The notes under the pieces are model-generated. The model saw nothing but the letters and a program-made list of their open reading frames with translations, had not been told where the DNA came from and searched no databases. Both the position numbers and the translations under genes were made by a program. Shown here piece by piece: positions 27,437 through 41,062 of a stretch of DNA of 64,000 bases. Origin of the DNA: Octopus sinensis (Eukaryota); NCBI RefSeq assembly GCF_006345805.1, contig NC_043003.1, positions 93,620,001-93,684,000 of the forward strand. The letters are read 5' to 3'. Numbering within the stretch: position 1 is the first letter of the stretch; every line of letters starts with the position of its first letter.

Positions 27437-27960
27437 TATAATAAGGTGCATGTTTATTAAAAATCTCTAAATCATAAGAAAATAATGATATTCTTTTACC
27501 TACATTATTTATCAACGATTTTTTAACAGAAGGTGGATGATTACTATAAGCATTAATATATCTGAGATTTTCATTAATTTCATGGAATGGTTGGGTTTTA
27601 CCCGTTATCAAATTAAAATTAACATCTAAGTAATTAACATTATAGTTCTCATTATAAATAGCAATACTTAAACCATGTCTTTTAAAGAAATTACAAAGTT
27701 TCTTTTTATATAATTCTAATTTTCTATTTGTACAAACCTTAATAAGTAATAAAAGGTCATCCCTATATTGACCACCCTCCAATTTAAAATTTTCTAATTG
27801 AAGTTCTGATAATAAATAAATATCTACTAAATCAGTAGCCTGTGCAGAATCTGGTGGCCCCATAGGTATATCAAAATAGTTTCTAGTATCCTTCCTAGCC
27901 CATAATTTATTATTATATCTAATTAACGATTTCCTAGCCATTTTAATAACATTAACTTCA
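27437..27960 (-). mobile_element. Penelope-like reverse transcriptase fragment
   Basis: FDIPMGPPDSAQATDLVDIYLL, YRDD catalytic motif, NYLDVNFNL, YINAYSNHPPSVKKSL..EIFNKHAPYY. Confidence 0.92.
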
Positions 27961-28906
27961 TCATGAAGCTTAAATATATTTCGTCTTTTTCATTAATAAA
28001 TATTTTTCGTCATTTTCATTGATAATTTTATTCTATTTTTTTACACAACGTCTTCACGAGCTTAATTTCTTATAAACGCTAAGACCTACATTTTTACGTT
28101 TAAAATTCAGTTTAAATTTCATCGACAAGCTAAGTAACGTTTTTTATTTAACAATATCATTTAACTTTTGAATTGTATTAAGTTTGATTATTATTATTAT
28201 TACGATTATTAGTGTTGTTAAAATATTAATTTATATATAATTTCTTGATAATTATTAGTTACGATATGTATATCTATTTATTTATTATGTTTTATGACTA
28301 TTATTAATTTTATAATGTGATTTAACGAATTACATAAAATTTAATTTGAGAATTAATTTTGTAAGACAATATATTATTTAATAAAGTGGTCTATTTATTA
28401 CATAGTATTTTATTTAAGTAAATTAGTTTAATATTAATTGATATTTTGGTCAACTATATACTTGAGTAAAATATTAAATCTATATATACTACATATATAT
28501 TAATAATATAGTTAGTTTATCTAATAGGTGTGTATATATTTAAAACATTTCCTATTATTAATTGTAATATTTATTGCTTGTACTAACCATTATGTATGTT
28601 ACTTAACATTAAGGTTTTTAATATAAATTACTTAATGAGTATAAGATTTTATTTAGATGTTTATTAAATAAATAAATTACTTAATGATTTAATTTAATGT
28701 ATATAGATTAAAATATAGTGTTTAGTTTTCACTTAATGTATATTTTGTATTATATTTATAAATATATATATTTGTTTTAGATATTCTAATTAATTGTATC
28801 TTATTTCTTATTTAAACAAGAATATATTTGTTAAGATATTTCGTATTTTACAAAATTATTTACGTATATTAATTTATCTAATTAAATGTTTTATTGTTTT
28901 TATCCT

Positions 28907-29001
28907 TAACCTGAAGAGTGGCTATATTTATACTGAAGTGATTTTACTATTATTATTACTATTATCATTTTTTAAATATAGCCACGAAACACTTGTTGTT
29001 A
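28907..29001 (+). ncRNA. Hammerhead ribozyme with long stem II
   Basis: taac CTGAAGA gtggctatattta..(42 nt)..taaatatagccac GAAAC actt GTT gtta; perfect 13-bp stem II; stem I taac/gtta. Confidence 0.75.
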
Positions 29002-29488
29002 TTCTACCAAATTTATACGTTTTATTTACTATTTTGCACATTACTTAATCATTGTTATATGTTTTATCTTATATTTAATCTTTCTATATGTAATTTTTCT
29101 AAATGTTATAATTTAATTTTTCGTTATTGAATTGATAAAAGGTTTTTTGTTTTCTAATTTATATATATATATATACACACACACATATATATATATATAT
29201 AAAGTATATACACATAACCCTCAGCAAATCCCAAATTTTATTTTAGTTCGTGGGAGCAACTGCCTTCAAAGTCTTATACTGTCGTTCATTACTCGAAATA
29301 AGGAGTAGGAGATCGGACAACTGATGAAGGGTCGTTTTTTATGTTACTTGCCTTGTTTTCCATTTGTTTCTCTCGTTCTTTGCGTATCTAACTTTATTTT
29401 CGTATTTCATGTTTACGTTTTATGACTTCTTGTACCCATATATGCGCACCTATATACATATACATATATATGTACATATATGTCTGTG

Positions 29489-29525
<37 letters not shown>

Positions 29526-31504
29526 TATTTATATTATTATTTGATTTCCAAGTATGTTTATCTTAATATATTTGATGCGACTCTATCCTTTACTGTTTTT
29601 TCCCTCTCCCTCTTTGTTTTCTCTCATCCTTTCTCTAATTCTTTTTTCTCCCCTTCACCGTTTCTCTCTCCTTCTTCCTCTTTTACTCTCTCTCGTTGTT
29701 CACACGTGACTTTTCTCCATCTTTCCTTTCCTCACGTGATCATCTTTCTCTTTCTTCAGTCTGTCGCGTAGTTCAGACACATTCTTATGTCTCCTCTCCT
29801 ATCTTTCCTCTTATCTAAGAATCTTCTTCCAGCGTTTGCTACCTTACTTCGTCTTGGCCTAACGGCCCTCCCTGCTTGTCTTAGTTTGGTTTGTTGTATG
29901 TCCTATTTTTGTTACCAACTTTGACCCTCTGCAAATCCCAAAGCAGCAGCCATCGAAGACTAATATTGTCGTTCATTGCTCGAAATAAGGTGTAGGACAT
30001 CCGACAACTGATGAAGGGTCGTTTTTTTGTTGTCTTGATGTTTTCCATTTGTTTCTTTCGTTCTTTGAGGACCCAACTTTCTTTTTGTATTTCATTTTGT
30101 TTACATTTTATGACGTCCTGTACCCATATATGCGTAAAACTTAGGTAAATAAATAATTTTTTTATTAAACATAACTAGTCCAGGAACTGTTTGATACCAA
30201 CTTGTATATCCTCTGTGGACATACATCTAAAGCACATCCTATGTAGACATACATCTTATGTTTTTCCTACATATTGCAAGTATATATTGTGTCGATAAAC
30301 AAGTGAATCCATGAAGATATACAGTAAAAGTATATCTGTTCAAGTTTATCTGGTGTGGATAACAGCTTAAATGTATCCTACATGGATTAATCAAATGCAC
30401 CTTTTGACCTTTTGAAGATATACAGCTCAGTTGCATCCTATGTAGGATACACAGCTACAGTATATTTAATAAAGTGATATATTACAAAATGATGAGAACC
30501 AAAAATAAATATGCATGAAATTTGAATGAACAGATGCATTTTATGTGAATCATCATCTCTCTCTCTTTCGGAGAGGCACAAGCACCTACACGCACATGTA
30601 CACACACGGCAGTAACTTCCACCTACCGAATTCAATCACAAAGCTCCGGTCAGCTCAGGGCTATAGTGAAAGACACCTACCCAAAGTGCCACGCAGTGGG
30701 ACTGAACCCGAAACCATATAGCTAGGAAGCAAGCTCCCTAACCACACAGCCATGCCCGCGCCTATCATCGTTTAACGTCCGTTCTCCATGCTAGCATGGG
30801 TTGGACGGTTCGACCGAGGATCTGGGAAGCCAGAAGGCTGCACCAGGCTCCAGTCTGATCTGGCAGTGTTTCTACAGCTGGATGCCCTTCCTAACGCCAA
30901 CCACTCCGTGAGTGTAGTGGGTGCTTTTTACGTGCCAGGCGAGGCTGGCAACAGCCACGATCGGATTGGTGCTTTTAACAAAAAAAAAAAAAATGAATAA
31001 CGTTGATTGGGAGAGAAATCTCCAAATATTCATGAATAAAAGAGAACTGTACATCTTATGTAAATAGTGTTCTAAAAGGATTTTTTCTTGGGTCAAACGC
31101 AAACTAAGAACAATAACATTACTCACGAGTATGAATCTGAAATATCAAAGTTTTATTTAAAAAAAAAAACTACAGGCTAGGAAAATATTAGTATGCATTC
31201 AATGTAAATGCACAATTAAATAAAAAATGTTGTAATGTAAATTATGCTAATTTGGTTGGTGTCTACAATGCAAATACACTTTAACCCCTTAGTATTCAGG
31301 TTACTCTGTAAAATGTAATGCCTTTATTTTCATATTGCTTTTAATAAATAATGTAATATTTCATAGCTTCAAGATTCCAATGTTGAGATTGTTTATTTTG
31401 GAATGACAGCACAAGTTAAGTGTGAAAGGCTGGATCTAGCTGGTTTAAATGCTTAAGGGTTAGAATTGACAATGTGTAGAAATAACCAATCCTATAATAA
31501 TGTC

Positions 31505-32020
31505 TGTCTGTCTGTCGTTGCCGACGATGACCAGGACATCATGTGAGAGATGGTGGGTCATGGTGTGTTTGGTTGTGGCTGATCAGTCTAATGTGCACTT
31601 GGAAAGCTCTCCCACAGGTTGGGCACTAGTGTTCTGCTGGGATTGAAGGCAAGGGGTAGGTTCTGGACTTGTGCAGCTTATGCTTTCTCAGTGCTCCTGC
31701 AATACTATTCTGTTTGTAGGAAGTGATACCTCTGTTGATGCTGCTACACCAGGCAGGGTGGTCCTTGCATTTCCCAGGTGTTGGGGTTGATCTGAAAACA
31801 CTTCAAAGAGGCTTTGAGAGTATATCTGAGATACTTTCTATGCTGCCTGCCCTGTGTGTGCTTGCCTTCTACCAATTCACTGTAAAACAGTCTTTTGGGT
31901 GCCCTGCGTGTCAGGCATTTGAACAAGCTGACCTGCTCATCAGACCTGTGCTCGCATCAGCAGTGTGTAGATGCTTGGCAGATCAGCTTGAGAGAAGACC
32001 TCCATGTTTAGGATACCAAT
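31505..32020 (-). mobile_element. RTE-clade LINE 3' fragment
   Basis: PKRLFYSELVEGKHTQGRQ..TLKASLK and C-terminal TCGRAF..IRLISH zinc-finger remnant; (GACA)n-type tail near 31505. Confidence 0.8.
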
Positions 32021-35000
32021 AGTACTCAATGAATATTCTAATATAAAGATATGTCTAGTAAGTTCACCGTCATCAATTCACCATTTCTTATTTCAATAAA
32101 ATATTTTTTAACTATTAATGGTGAGATTTTATGGATATATTTTTGCAGTGCACTTTCATGTCAGTGAATTGATGGCGGTAAACTTTCCCTGAGGTGAATT
32201 ACCTTTAATCAAAAAAAAAAAATTTATTGTGAGTAAAAGTATTTATTGTGAGTAAAAGTGTAGGAGTCAAGTATCAATATAGATAAACTAAATACATTTT
32301 CAAACAGTTAAAGCTTAATAATTGTAAGTTTCAGTAAAGAATATTTCATAAAATATAGTCTAGTGTTTTAAGTTCAGTTGAAAATATAAACATATTCAAA
32401 ATGAATATGTTTGTTTAATGTATTAATTACATATGCACAGCATGTATGAAATAATAATGTCTTTGAGATCATTATCACTTTCATACCAAAATTTAAACCT
32501 TGTAAGTCACTGAAGATTTCATATATGTTTTATAAACAGAATCATAGTCAGGGTTAAATTTAGTAATAATGCTGCTTGATAAAGAAATGTAATTACAAAC
32601 ACATCAGTTTAGTAATATTTATCAAAAATAAATACAGAGATTATGTTGGCATACAATGTGAATGGACTGGGAATACAAAACACAATATACAAACATTATG
32701 CGACACAAGTGTGTACAGCTTGTATAAGAAGTAAGACAAGCATTCGACTGGAACATAAACAAATGTATTTTAACATGATACAACATGTGAAAAATGCCTT
32801 TCATATCCATACAATACATAATAGGCAAGTATATTCCAGGCAGATATCACATGTAAGATGTGTGTACTTTGAGTGGATGCAAATTCTGACTCCTGAATAG
32901 ATCTGATAAAGAAACAACACGAAGTAGAAACAATATGTCTCAAGTGAATATACATACAAACATACATACATATATACATACACAGATACATAGCTTTAGT
33001 AAAATGTATGCAATAGAGATTCATATATCTGATATGCATTGCGAAAATGAAGTCTGTATGAATGTCCATAAAGGCTTAGCAAGAAAACACCTTTTGTTTG
33101 GATAAGAACTGCCACAGGCATATGTAACCTACTTGTACTTTTGAATATGTGTAATGGTTAGCACAGTTATACAGTCTACAGTAGGTGCAGTATGCAAGTT
33201 TAAATCTTACAAGTGATGTTACAACTTTTTTGTCTTATTCATCTCTCTCGCTCTCTTTCTATATATATATATAGATATAGACAGACACACACACATACTA
33301 CATATATATGTTTGTAATAGTTTGCCCTATACTTTTACAGGTGTAATAACTTGTCCTGTACGTTTCCAGGTTTATAATCTTAAGAATATTACTTTTCATG
33401 CTCGCATTTTTCTATGTAATCCATGATTTTTCCAGGCATTGCTGTTATAAGATAATAATATGTCAATTAATAATTTAGGATTTTACCTGGGTAGGGGTAT
33501 ACATTGGCTGCTATTTTTAGTGTGTCGAGCGACCAGGTAAAGGCTCTTTCATTGGTTCAATAGCGTGATGAGATTTTATTACACATATATGTAATATGTA
33601 TATATATCATCGGCAGAAGTTAGTGAGTAAGTCAAAAGCTGAGAGTTTTGTGTATTGGCACTTATCAAACACGAATTTGTCCATTGTCACTCTGTAACTT
33701 CTGACAAAACTTCTAAAACATAAAATTTTGTCAAAAACATTAAGAGTAAACCCTGTTGCACGTGACACATTCTACCAGTATCAGAAGTTTTAAAGTGTTT
33801 AGTTAAAAAACAATGAATTAAATAATCTGTACATCAAAGTCGATCTCGGCAAAATTTCAACTCAAAAACGTAAACACAGACGAAATACCTATTTCTTTAC
33901 TACCCACAAGAGGCTAAACACAGAGAGGACAGACAAACGGATTAAGTCGATTATATCGACCCCAGTGCATAACTGGTACTTATTTAATTGACCCCGAAAG
34001 GATGAAAGGCAAAGTCAACCTCGGCGGAATTTGAACTCAGAACGTAGCAGCAGACGAAATACCATTAAGCATTTCACACGGCATGCTAACGTTTCTGTGA
34101 ATATCAGATCTAATCTAGGCAGATATACCAATTACATCATGGGGTAGAAACACCATTTCACAAATGGAAGTAGTGTGAATGGATACGACTTGTAGAGGTA
34201 TACATATCTGATATCGAGGTAACATTTGAAAAATAACTTGCATCCAGTGCTAATTGCAGGAAACATTACATCTAGTGTGCGTAACATACAGCGCCTGATA
34301 ATACTGCATCCAATATAAATATGATATAGAAATAATAACAACAATACATTAAGAGAAAAGAGGGTAATGATTAATAATGAATTAACTTCAGTATCTAATA
34401 TAAAATTTGTGCCATGAGATTAATTTCAAACAATGGGGATATAAAGGAATGTATAAAACAGCAATTTATCATACGGAAATGAATATGGTGTGTGTGTATG
34501 TGTGTGTGTGAAGGCAGATGGCCTAGTGGTTTGGATCTAACCATTGCACTCACAATGGTTAGATCATGGTTTCAACTCCCACACTGGTAGTGGGTTGTGT
34601 TCATGAGCACTTCATTTCATGTTGCTCCAGTCCATTCAAATGTAAATGGGTACACCTGCAATGGCAATGGACTGGAATTCCATGTTCAGTGGGGCATGTT
34701 TGCCTACCCATCTAGACAGCGGAGGGGTATCATTTGATGGTTATAACAATGCATAGAAGCGCATTGTGACCAGTGATGTATAGCAGTGATTTTTACAGAA
34801 TATCTCAATGTAGTTAAGGATGTCTTTAAATAAAATAACTTGGTCATTCAACCTGATAGAAACACTGGCCAAGTCCCTTTCAAATAACATCTTATTGCTC
34901 TGCAAAAAGAAGGATAAAGACTGAGATAATGGTTAATGGCCATTGCTGGAATGCTTTTGAGCGACAATTTGCAGATTAAACCTAACAGGAGACTAAACAA

Positions 35001-35373
35001 CCACAAAAACAGCAGTGACATAATAACGGGAACTAGAACCAGAAAATAAGTCAAAAGTACAAAATAAATTCCAAGCAGTGTAGCTGTCATATTTGAACAT
35101 ATTCAGTTTGTCAATGTATGGAGAAAATAAAGATATATAAAAAAAATATCTCTATCTCTAAATATTCTCTTTTACTTGTTTCAGTCATTTGACTGTGGCC
35201 ATGCTGGAGCACCACATTTAGTCGAGCAAATTGACCCCAGGACTTATTCTTTGGAAGCCTAGTACTTATTCTATCGGTCTCTTTTGCCGAACCACTAAGT
35301 TACGGGGACATAAACACACCACTATCGGTTGTCAAGCGATGTTGGGGGGACAAACACAAACATATACACACAC

Positions 35374-35417
<44 letters not shown>

Positions 35418-36061
35418 CATATATACGACAAGCTTCTTTCAGTTTCCGTTTACCAAATCCACTCACAAGGCTTTGGTTAGCCCGAGGCTATAGTAGAAGA
35501 CACTTGCCCAAAGTGCCACGCAGTGGGACTGAACCCGGAACCATGTGGTTGGTAAGTAAGCTACTTACCACACAGCCACACACACATATATATAATATAT
35601 ATATATATATAAAATAGTGCTTTCATTAATGGCTCATATTGCATATATACACTGATCAATTGTTGACGCTTCACAAAGTCCATGTGAGGCACACAATATG
35701 ACACTGCTGTTGCTGCTACATATACAGACATCCTCGACCACATTTAGAATAAATATATCTGCCTGATTAGTAAACACTCACTATATCAAAACCACAGATC
35801 TACAAAATATGCTGTCTCATCCCCACTTTCTGTTAAATCTAATTATTACTACAACTGCCTCAGATCTTTTAGATTAGTAGTGAACTGTATTCTAACTCAT
35901 CTCCACTCCCGGGTTCCACACAACTCACTATTCCAACAAATCCTTCATCCTTATAGAAATATTCTTTCATCTACATATTGTCTTATATAAATTGGCTTAA
36001 AGATACTTTAAGATGCACAGCAGGAAATCTTGAGTGATGATCCAAATGCTGATTATTGAGC

Positions 36062-36905
36062 ATGTGTGTGTGTGTGTGTGGACACATACATAGATATATG
36101 GCTAGACAGATACATACATGCATACACACAAACATATGCACATATGCATCTATTCGTATACATACATAAATATGCATCTATCTATCTGTATACATACACA
36201 CACATTTATATATATACATATATATATGTACATATATATATATATACACAATATACATACATATATACATATACATATATATACATACACATACATACAT
36301 ATACATACACATACATATATATATATACATACACATACATATATATATACATATACATACATATACATACATATACATATATATACATATACATATATAT
36401 ATACATATACATATATATACATATATATATATATACATATACATACATATACATATATATATATATATATATATACATATACATACATATATATATATAT
36501 ATACATATACATACATATATATATATACATATACATATATATACATATATATATACATATACATACATATATATATTACATATACATATATATACATATA
36601 TATATATACATATACATACACATATATATATATATATATACATACACATATATATATACATATATATACATATATATATACATATATATATACATATATA
36701 TACATATATAATATACATACACATATATATACATATATATGTATACATACACATATATATACATATATATTATATATATACATATATACATATATATACA
36801 TATATACATATACATACATATATATACATATATACATATACATACATATATACATATATATATAGACATATACATATATATATAGACATATACATATATA
36901 TATAT

Positions 36906-36936
<31 letters not shown>

Positions 36937-36940
36937 GTAT
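36062..36940. repeat. ~870-bp compound (TA)n/(TACA)n microsatellite
   Basis: Direct reading; source of the long spurious Y/I/H/T ORFs. Confidence 0.98.
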
Positions 36941-36944
36941 AGGA

Positions 36945-37286
36945 GTAAAGGGTAAAGATCCTTTTGGTCATGAATGACCATGGGATTGCACCTATGAAGT
37001 TACTCTCCGAGGCACAAGTCCAGGCAAAATTGTTTACAGAAGACCGGCAGTCGCCCATACATACCAGCCTCCCCTCTCCATGCCACTGATGTTATCCAAG
37101 GGAAAGACAAAGGCCGATACAGCTTGGCACCAGTGACATCGTAACTCATTTCTTCAGCTGAGTGAACTGGAGCAACGTGAAATAAAGTGTCTTGCTCAAG
37201 AACACAACACACAGCTCGGTTTGAGAATCGAGCTCACTATCTCATGATTATGAGCTCAATGCTCTACCTACTGAGCCATGCACCTT
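36945..37286 (-). mobile_element. tRNA(Met)-like-headed SINE family C
   Basis: Minus strand ggtgcatggctcagtaggtagagc..ctcataatc..gagctcgattc, then cttgagcaagacactt box; close copy at 60662-60985-, related heads at 23864+, 34510+ and 16130-16278-. Confidence 0.8.
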
Positions 37287-37879
37287 CATATATATATATA
37301 TATGTATACACACACACACACACACACATGCACAAATATATATGCATATATGCACACTGAGGACAGAGGACTTGGATATGTAGTACAATGCTGTACACAA
37401 GAAGACCCTTCCACCACAACAGAATTGATATCTTAAAACCAAGGTGCCACATAAAAAGCACTCAATACACTCTGTAAAGTGGTTGGCATTAGGAAGAACA
37501 TCCAGCTGTAAAAACCAAGCTGAAACAGATAACAGAACTAGGTGTGGCCCCTAGCCTTGCCAGCTCCTGTCAAGCCATCCAACCTATGCCAGCATGGAAA
37601 ACATGTTAAATGATGATGACATACATAGACATATTATATATAGTTATTCATCCATTCATATGAATACTATATAGACCTCACTTGCCAGTCAGCCCCCACC
37701 CCTCCCTCCCCCAGACAATCTCCACACACATCAGATTACTGATGCTCCTAAAGAATGCACAGAGCTTATGGCCAAATGCTATGCTGATATTCATTGCTGA
37801 AAATCCTAAAGTACCATCTTCAGTACTACTGACACCAAATTCCCTAACATCTATTCAATTTACTCTTGCAATGTTATAA

Positions 37880-38860
37880 CACCACCTCAAGTGTGAAGAC
37901 TCCTGAATCACAGATGGCAGCTCATGAGTGGTGTTATTTCAACTTTACTTAAGCCTTTCTAAGTCATACAAACAACTGATGTAGAAGATCACAGCAATGA
38001 ACATGACAACTAGTCATTATAACTGGTTGAAGTTCTTCATTCTTGATAAAAAAAAGTAGTAATATTTCTAAGACAAAATTCTGCACTCAGTGCAATGGCA
38101 CCTGTCTTGGTCCCCTGTTATTTAATGCATGTATTAATGAAACAAGTGTTAACTTAAAGCATGTTTCTATATTAAAATAAGCAAATGACATTAAGCTGTA
38201 CCTTGAGATAAAAATAATGGACCTATATGTAATCAGACATGGAAACATTGTTTATGGATTACTGACTGTAAACAAGCAAACAATTATACGTTTTGGAAGG
38301 GAAAATACCTGGAATGTAGATGTTCCCTTCAGAACTTGAGCAGGTAAAAACCTAAGCATTATTGTCAACAATGATCTGCATTAAACAAACAGCATTTTTA
38401 AAATCATCCAAAAAGTTCATAGGATTTGAACCCCAAAACCTCCTTGTTAGTGGACCACTCATTCATCCTAACATACATACAGACATGTCCAATCCATGCC
38501 AGTATATATGGCTATGGTATGTCCACTCTTACAATTTGCATCTCCAGTCTGAAATCCATCTTATTCAGAATATAAATCTACTAGACACTGTTCAGAGACA
38601 TGAAACTAGAGGAATACCTTGTATCAGTCGAGTAGCTGAGTTGAAAGAAGCCCAAAAAATGATACACCATCTTTCCAACAATTACTTTGGCCACTTTTTT
38701 GTTAATTTAATAATTCTGCTACTTATTAACACACCTATAACAAAATCAAAAACACCAAAGCACCCATGAGTTAGAAACAATTTTTTCCCTGCTCAGAATA
38801 GTTGAAGCATGGAAAAAACTACTGCCATCAGTTGTTAGCTGTGAGGACGCTGTTATGCTG
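37880..38860 (+). mobile_element. Decayed CR1/L2-like LINE RT remnant
   Basis: LGPLLFN..IN (~38110), ANDIKLY (~38185), INLLDTVQRHETR (~38580), FF...VEAWKKLLP (~38800). Confidence 0.7.
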
Positions 38861-39475
38861 CATAGATAACTTGCTTTCTGAAATTCACCAAGACTACTCT
38901 CTTGGTGTATAGATTTATCTGCACACCCTTTCCTCTATATGAATCTTTTATTGTCCATGTCTGTGTACTTATGCATGTATTGTGCTTCCTTACTTGACTC
39001 ATTGCTGATGAAGGGTGACTACAAAATGCATTTCTAGCAGAGGTTGAACCACATTCATATAATAGAAAAACAAAGGAAAAAAAAATCCACATGTAAAAGA
39101 AGAAGGTGCCAAATTGAAAGAATCATTACAGCATCAGATAGAACCTTGCAGTATTTGTTTGGGCTGTCTGTTTTGTGAATTTAAATCATCCCAGAGATCA
39201 ATTTTACCTTTCATCTTTTCGGGGTCAATTAATAAATAAAATACCAGTCCAGTGTGTGGGGGGTGGGAGAGGGTAGAGAGGGCGTGTTAGTTGACAGAAT
39301 TATCAAGGCAATGAATACTATGGTTAACAATACATGTTTCATGCATTTGCAATCAGAAGGTAAACCCTATGACATCACCGGTACCAAGCAGTATAGACCT
39401 TTGCCTTTTTATTGAATATCATTGGTGGCAGGAAGAAGTAAGACTGTATGTTTTGATAACAGGTGGCTTTCAATT

Positions 39476-39985
39476 AATAATAATAATAATAATAATCCTT
39501 TCTACAATAGGCACAAGGCCTGAAATTTGTGGGGAGGGGGTAAGTCGACCACATCAATCCCAGTGCTTAACTGGTACCTAAGTTATCGACTTCGAAAGGA
39601 TGAAAGGCAAAGATGACCTTGGAGGAATTTGAACTCAGAATGTAAAGACAGGTGAAATACCACTAAGCATTTTGTCTAGCATGCTAACAATTCTGCCAGC
39701 TCGTCATAGCAGCAGCAGCAATAATAATAATATAATAATAATCCTTTCTACAATAGGCACAAGGCCTGAAATTTGTGGGGAGGGGGTAAGTCGACCACAT
39801 CAATCCCAGTGCTTAACTGGTACCTAAGTTATCGACTTCGAAAGGATGAAAGGCAAAGATGACCTTGGAGGAATTTGAACTCAGAATGTAAAGACAGGTG
39901 AAATACCACTAAGCATTTTGTCTAGCATGCTAACAATTCTGCCAGCTCGTCATAGCAGCAGCAGCAATAATAATAATAATAATAA
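39476..39985. repeat. Exact tandem duplication, 246-bp period
   Basis: Identical SINE-B fragments start at 39497 and 39743, bounded by (AAT)n. Confidence 0.92.
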
Positions 39986-41062
39986 TGATAAATAATATAT
40001 TGTCCAGGCATGTGCCTAAGTAAGGAGCTTTCCTAGTGCTGACAGGACATTGAGGCCTCAAATACAGTGAAAGGACAAAAACCAACGTGTATAAATATAA
40101 CTATTACACAAGCAAACAAACACACCATGTATAATGGTGTATAAGACGACTAGGCCTATAAGATATATCAGTGGATACTAGAACTGAGGTTTAGCCTACT
40201 ATCAACCATCACAATTTACTGCTAAAAACCTACTGCACATGCTAGCATACCAACAACTCACTGTACATTGCTGAATTCAAGGTTTAGATTTTATACAGGA
40301 AGGTCCTCTTAAATACTAGTATAAACAGGGTTTGTTTTTACATAAACTATTGTAAAACTGGTATGGTGTCAATGTGATAAATATAGATTAGTAAAGTAAG
40401 AACCTGATTGACATAAGAACTGGAGCTGATGCAATCAATGCAACCTTTGAAGGCAGTGCCCCAGCTTGATCAGGCCAAGGACTAACCAATAAAAGAACAT
40501 ATTTTTGTTTGTGTGTGTACATTTATATATATATATGTGTGCATGTGTATTATATATCTGTATTAAATATATGCACATGTATATGTATGTATATAACTAC
40601 TCCTTCTAGCAGTTTAGATGTCCAATTATGGTCATCTCTTACGTGTCTAAATGTACACTGTATATATATATATATATATAAATGAATATATATATATATA
40701 AATGTATATATATAAATATACATATTATATATACTTATTCACATATATACACCACACAATGTGCACTACAACAGGGCCTTGAACTAAACATGTACCAAAC
40801 TTCATGAGTATAAACCTATATTTATGTAGTCAACATAAACGTACATACTTGTACACATTTGTTCCCTTTTTTTTTGTTTTACAAACAATTAAACAAACAC
40901 ACACACACGAAAAAAAAATCAGGTTATTTCTGAATTTGTAATAATAAATTATTAAACATATGCAGAAAATAAAAAGAAATGAAATAAAATAAAATATAAA
41001 TAAGACATGGTGAGAACAACATGAGAGACTTAAAAAAATAGAACAGAATACTATTAGATAGC

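Noticed and set aside
18665-27960. Selenocysteine-recoding (Naiad-type) PLE hypothesis
   Set aside because: The endonuclease here is C-terminal, the stops I read are mixed TAA/TAG with frameshifts, and no SECIS was recognisable.
35231-35617. Recurrent ORFs such as RASFSFRLPNPLTRLWSARGYSRRHLPKVPRSGTEPGTMWLV
   Set aside because: Antisense translations of SINE-A copies; similarity reflects the repeat, not a protein family.
36066-37058. Long Y/I/H/T/M/C-rich ORFs (also 13821-14341, 17650-18076, 3109-3330, 3836-4123)
   Set aside because: Translations of stop-free microsatellites; not genes.
37225-37286. tRNA-Met-like sequence (and other tRNA-like heads at 50075, 54818, 23479)
   Set aside because: No intact acceptor stem, and each continues into a multi-copy SINE body, so these are SINE heads rather than tRNA genes.
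39006-39050. CTGATGAaggg motif at the end of the CR1 remnant
   Set aside because: No downstream GAAA or closing stems.
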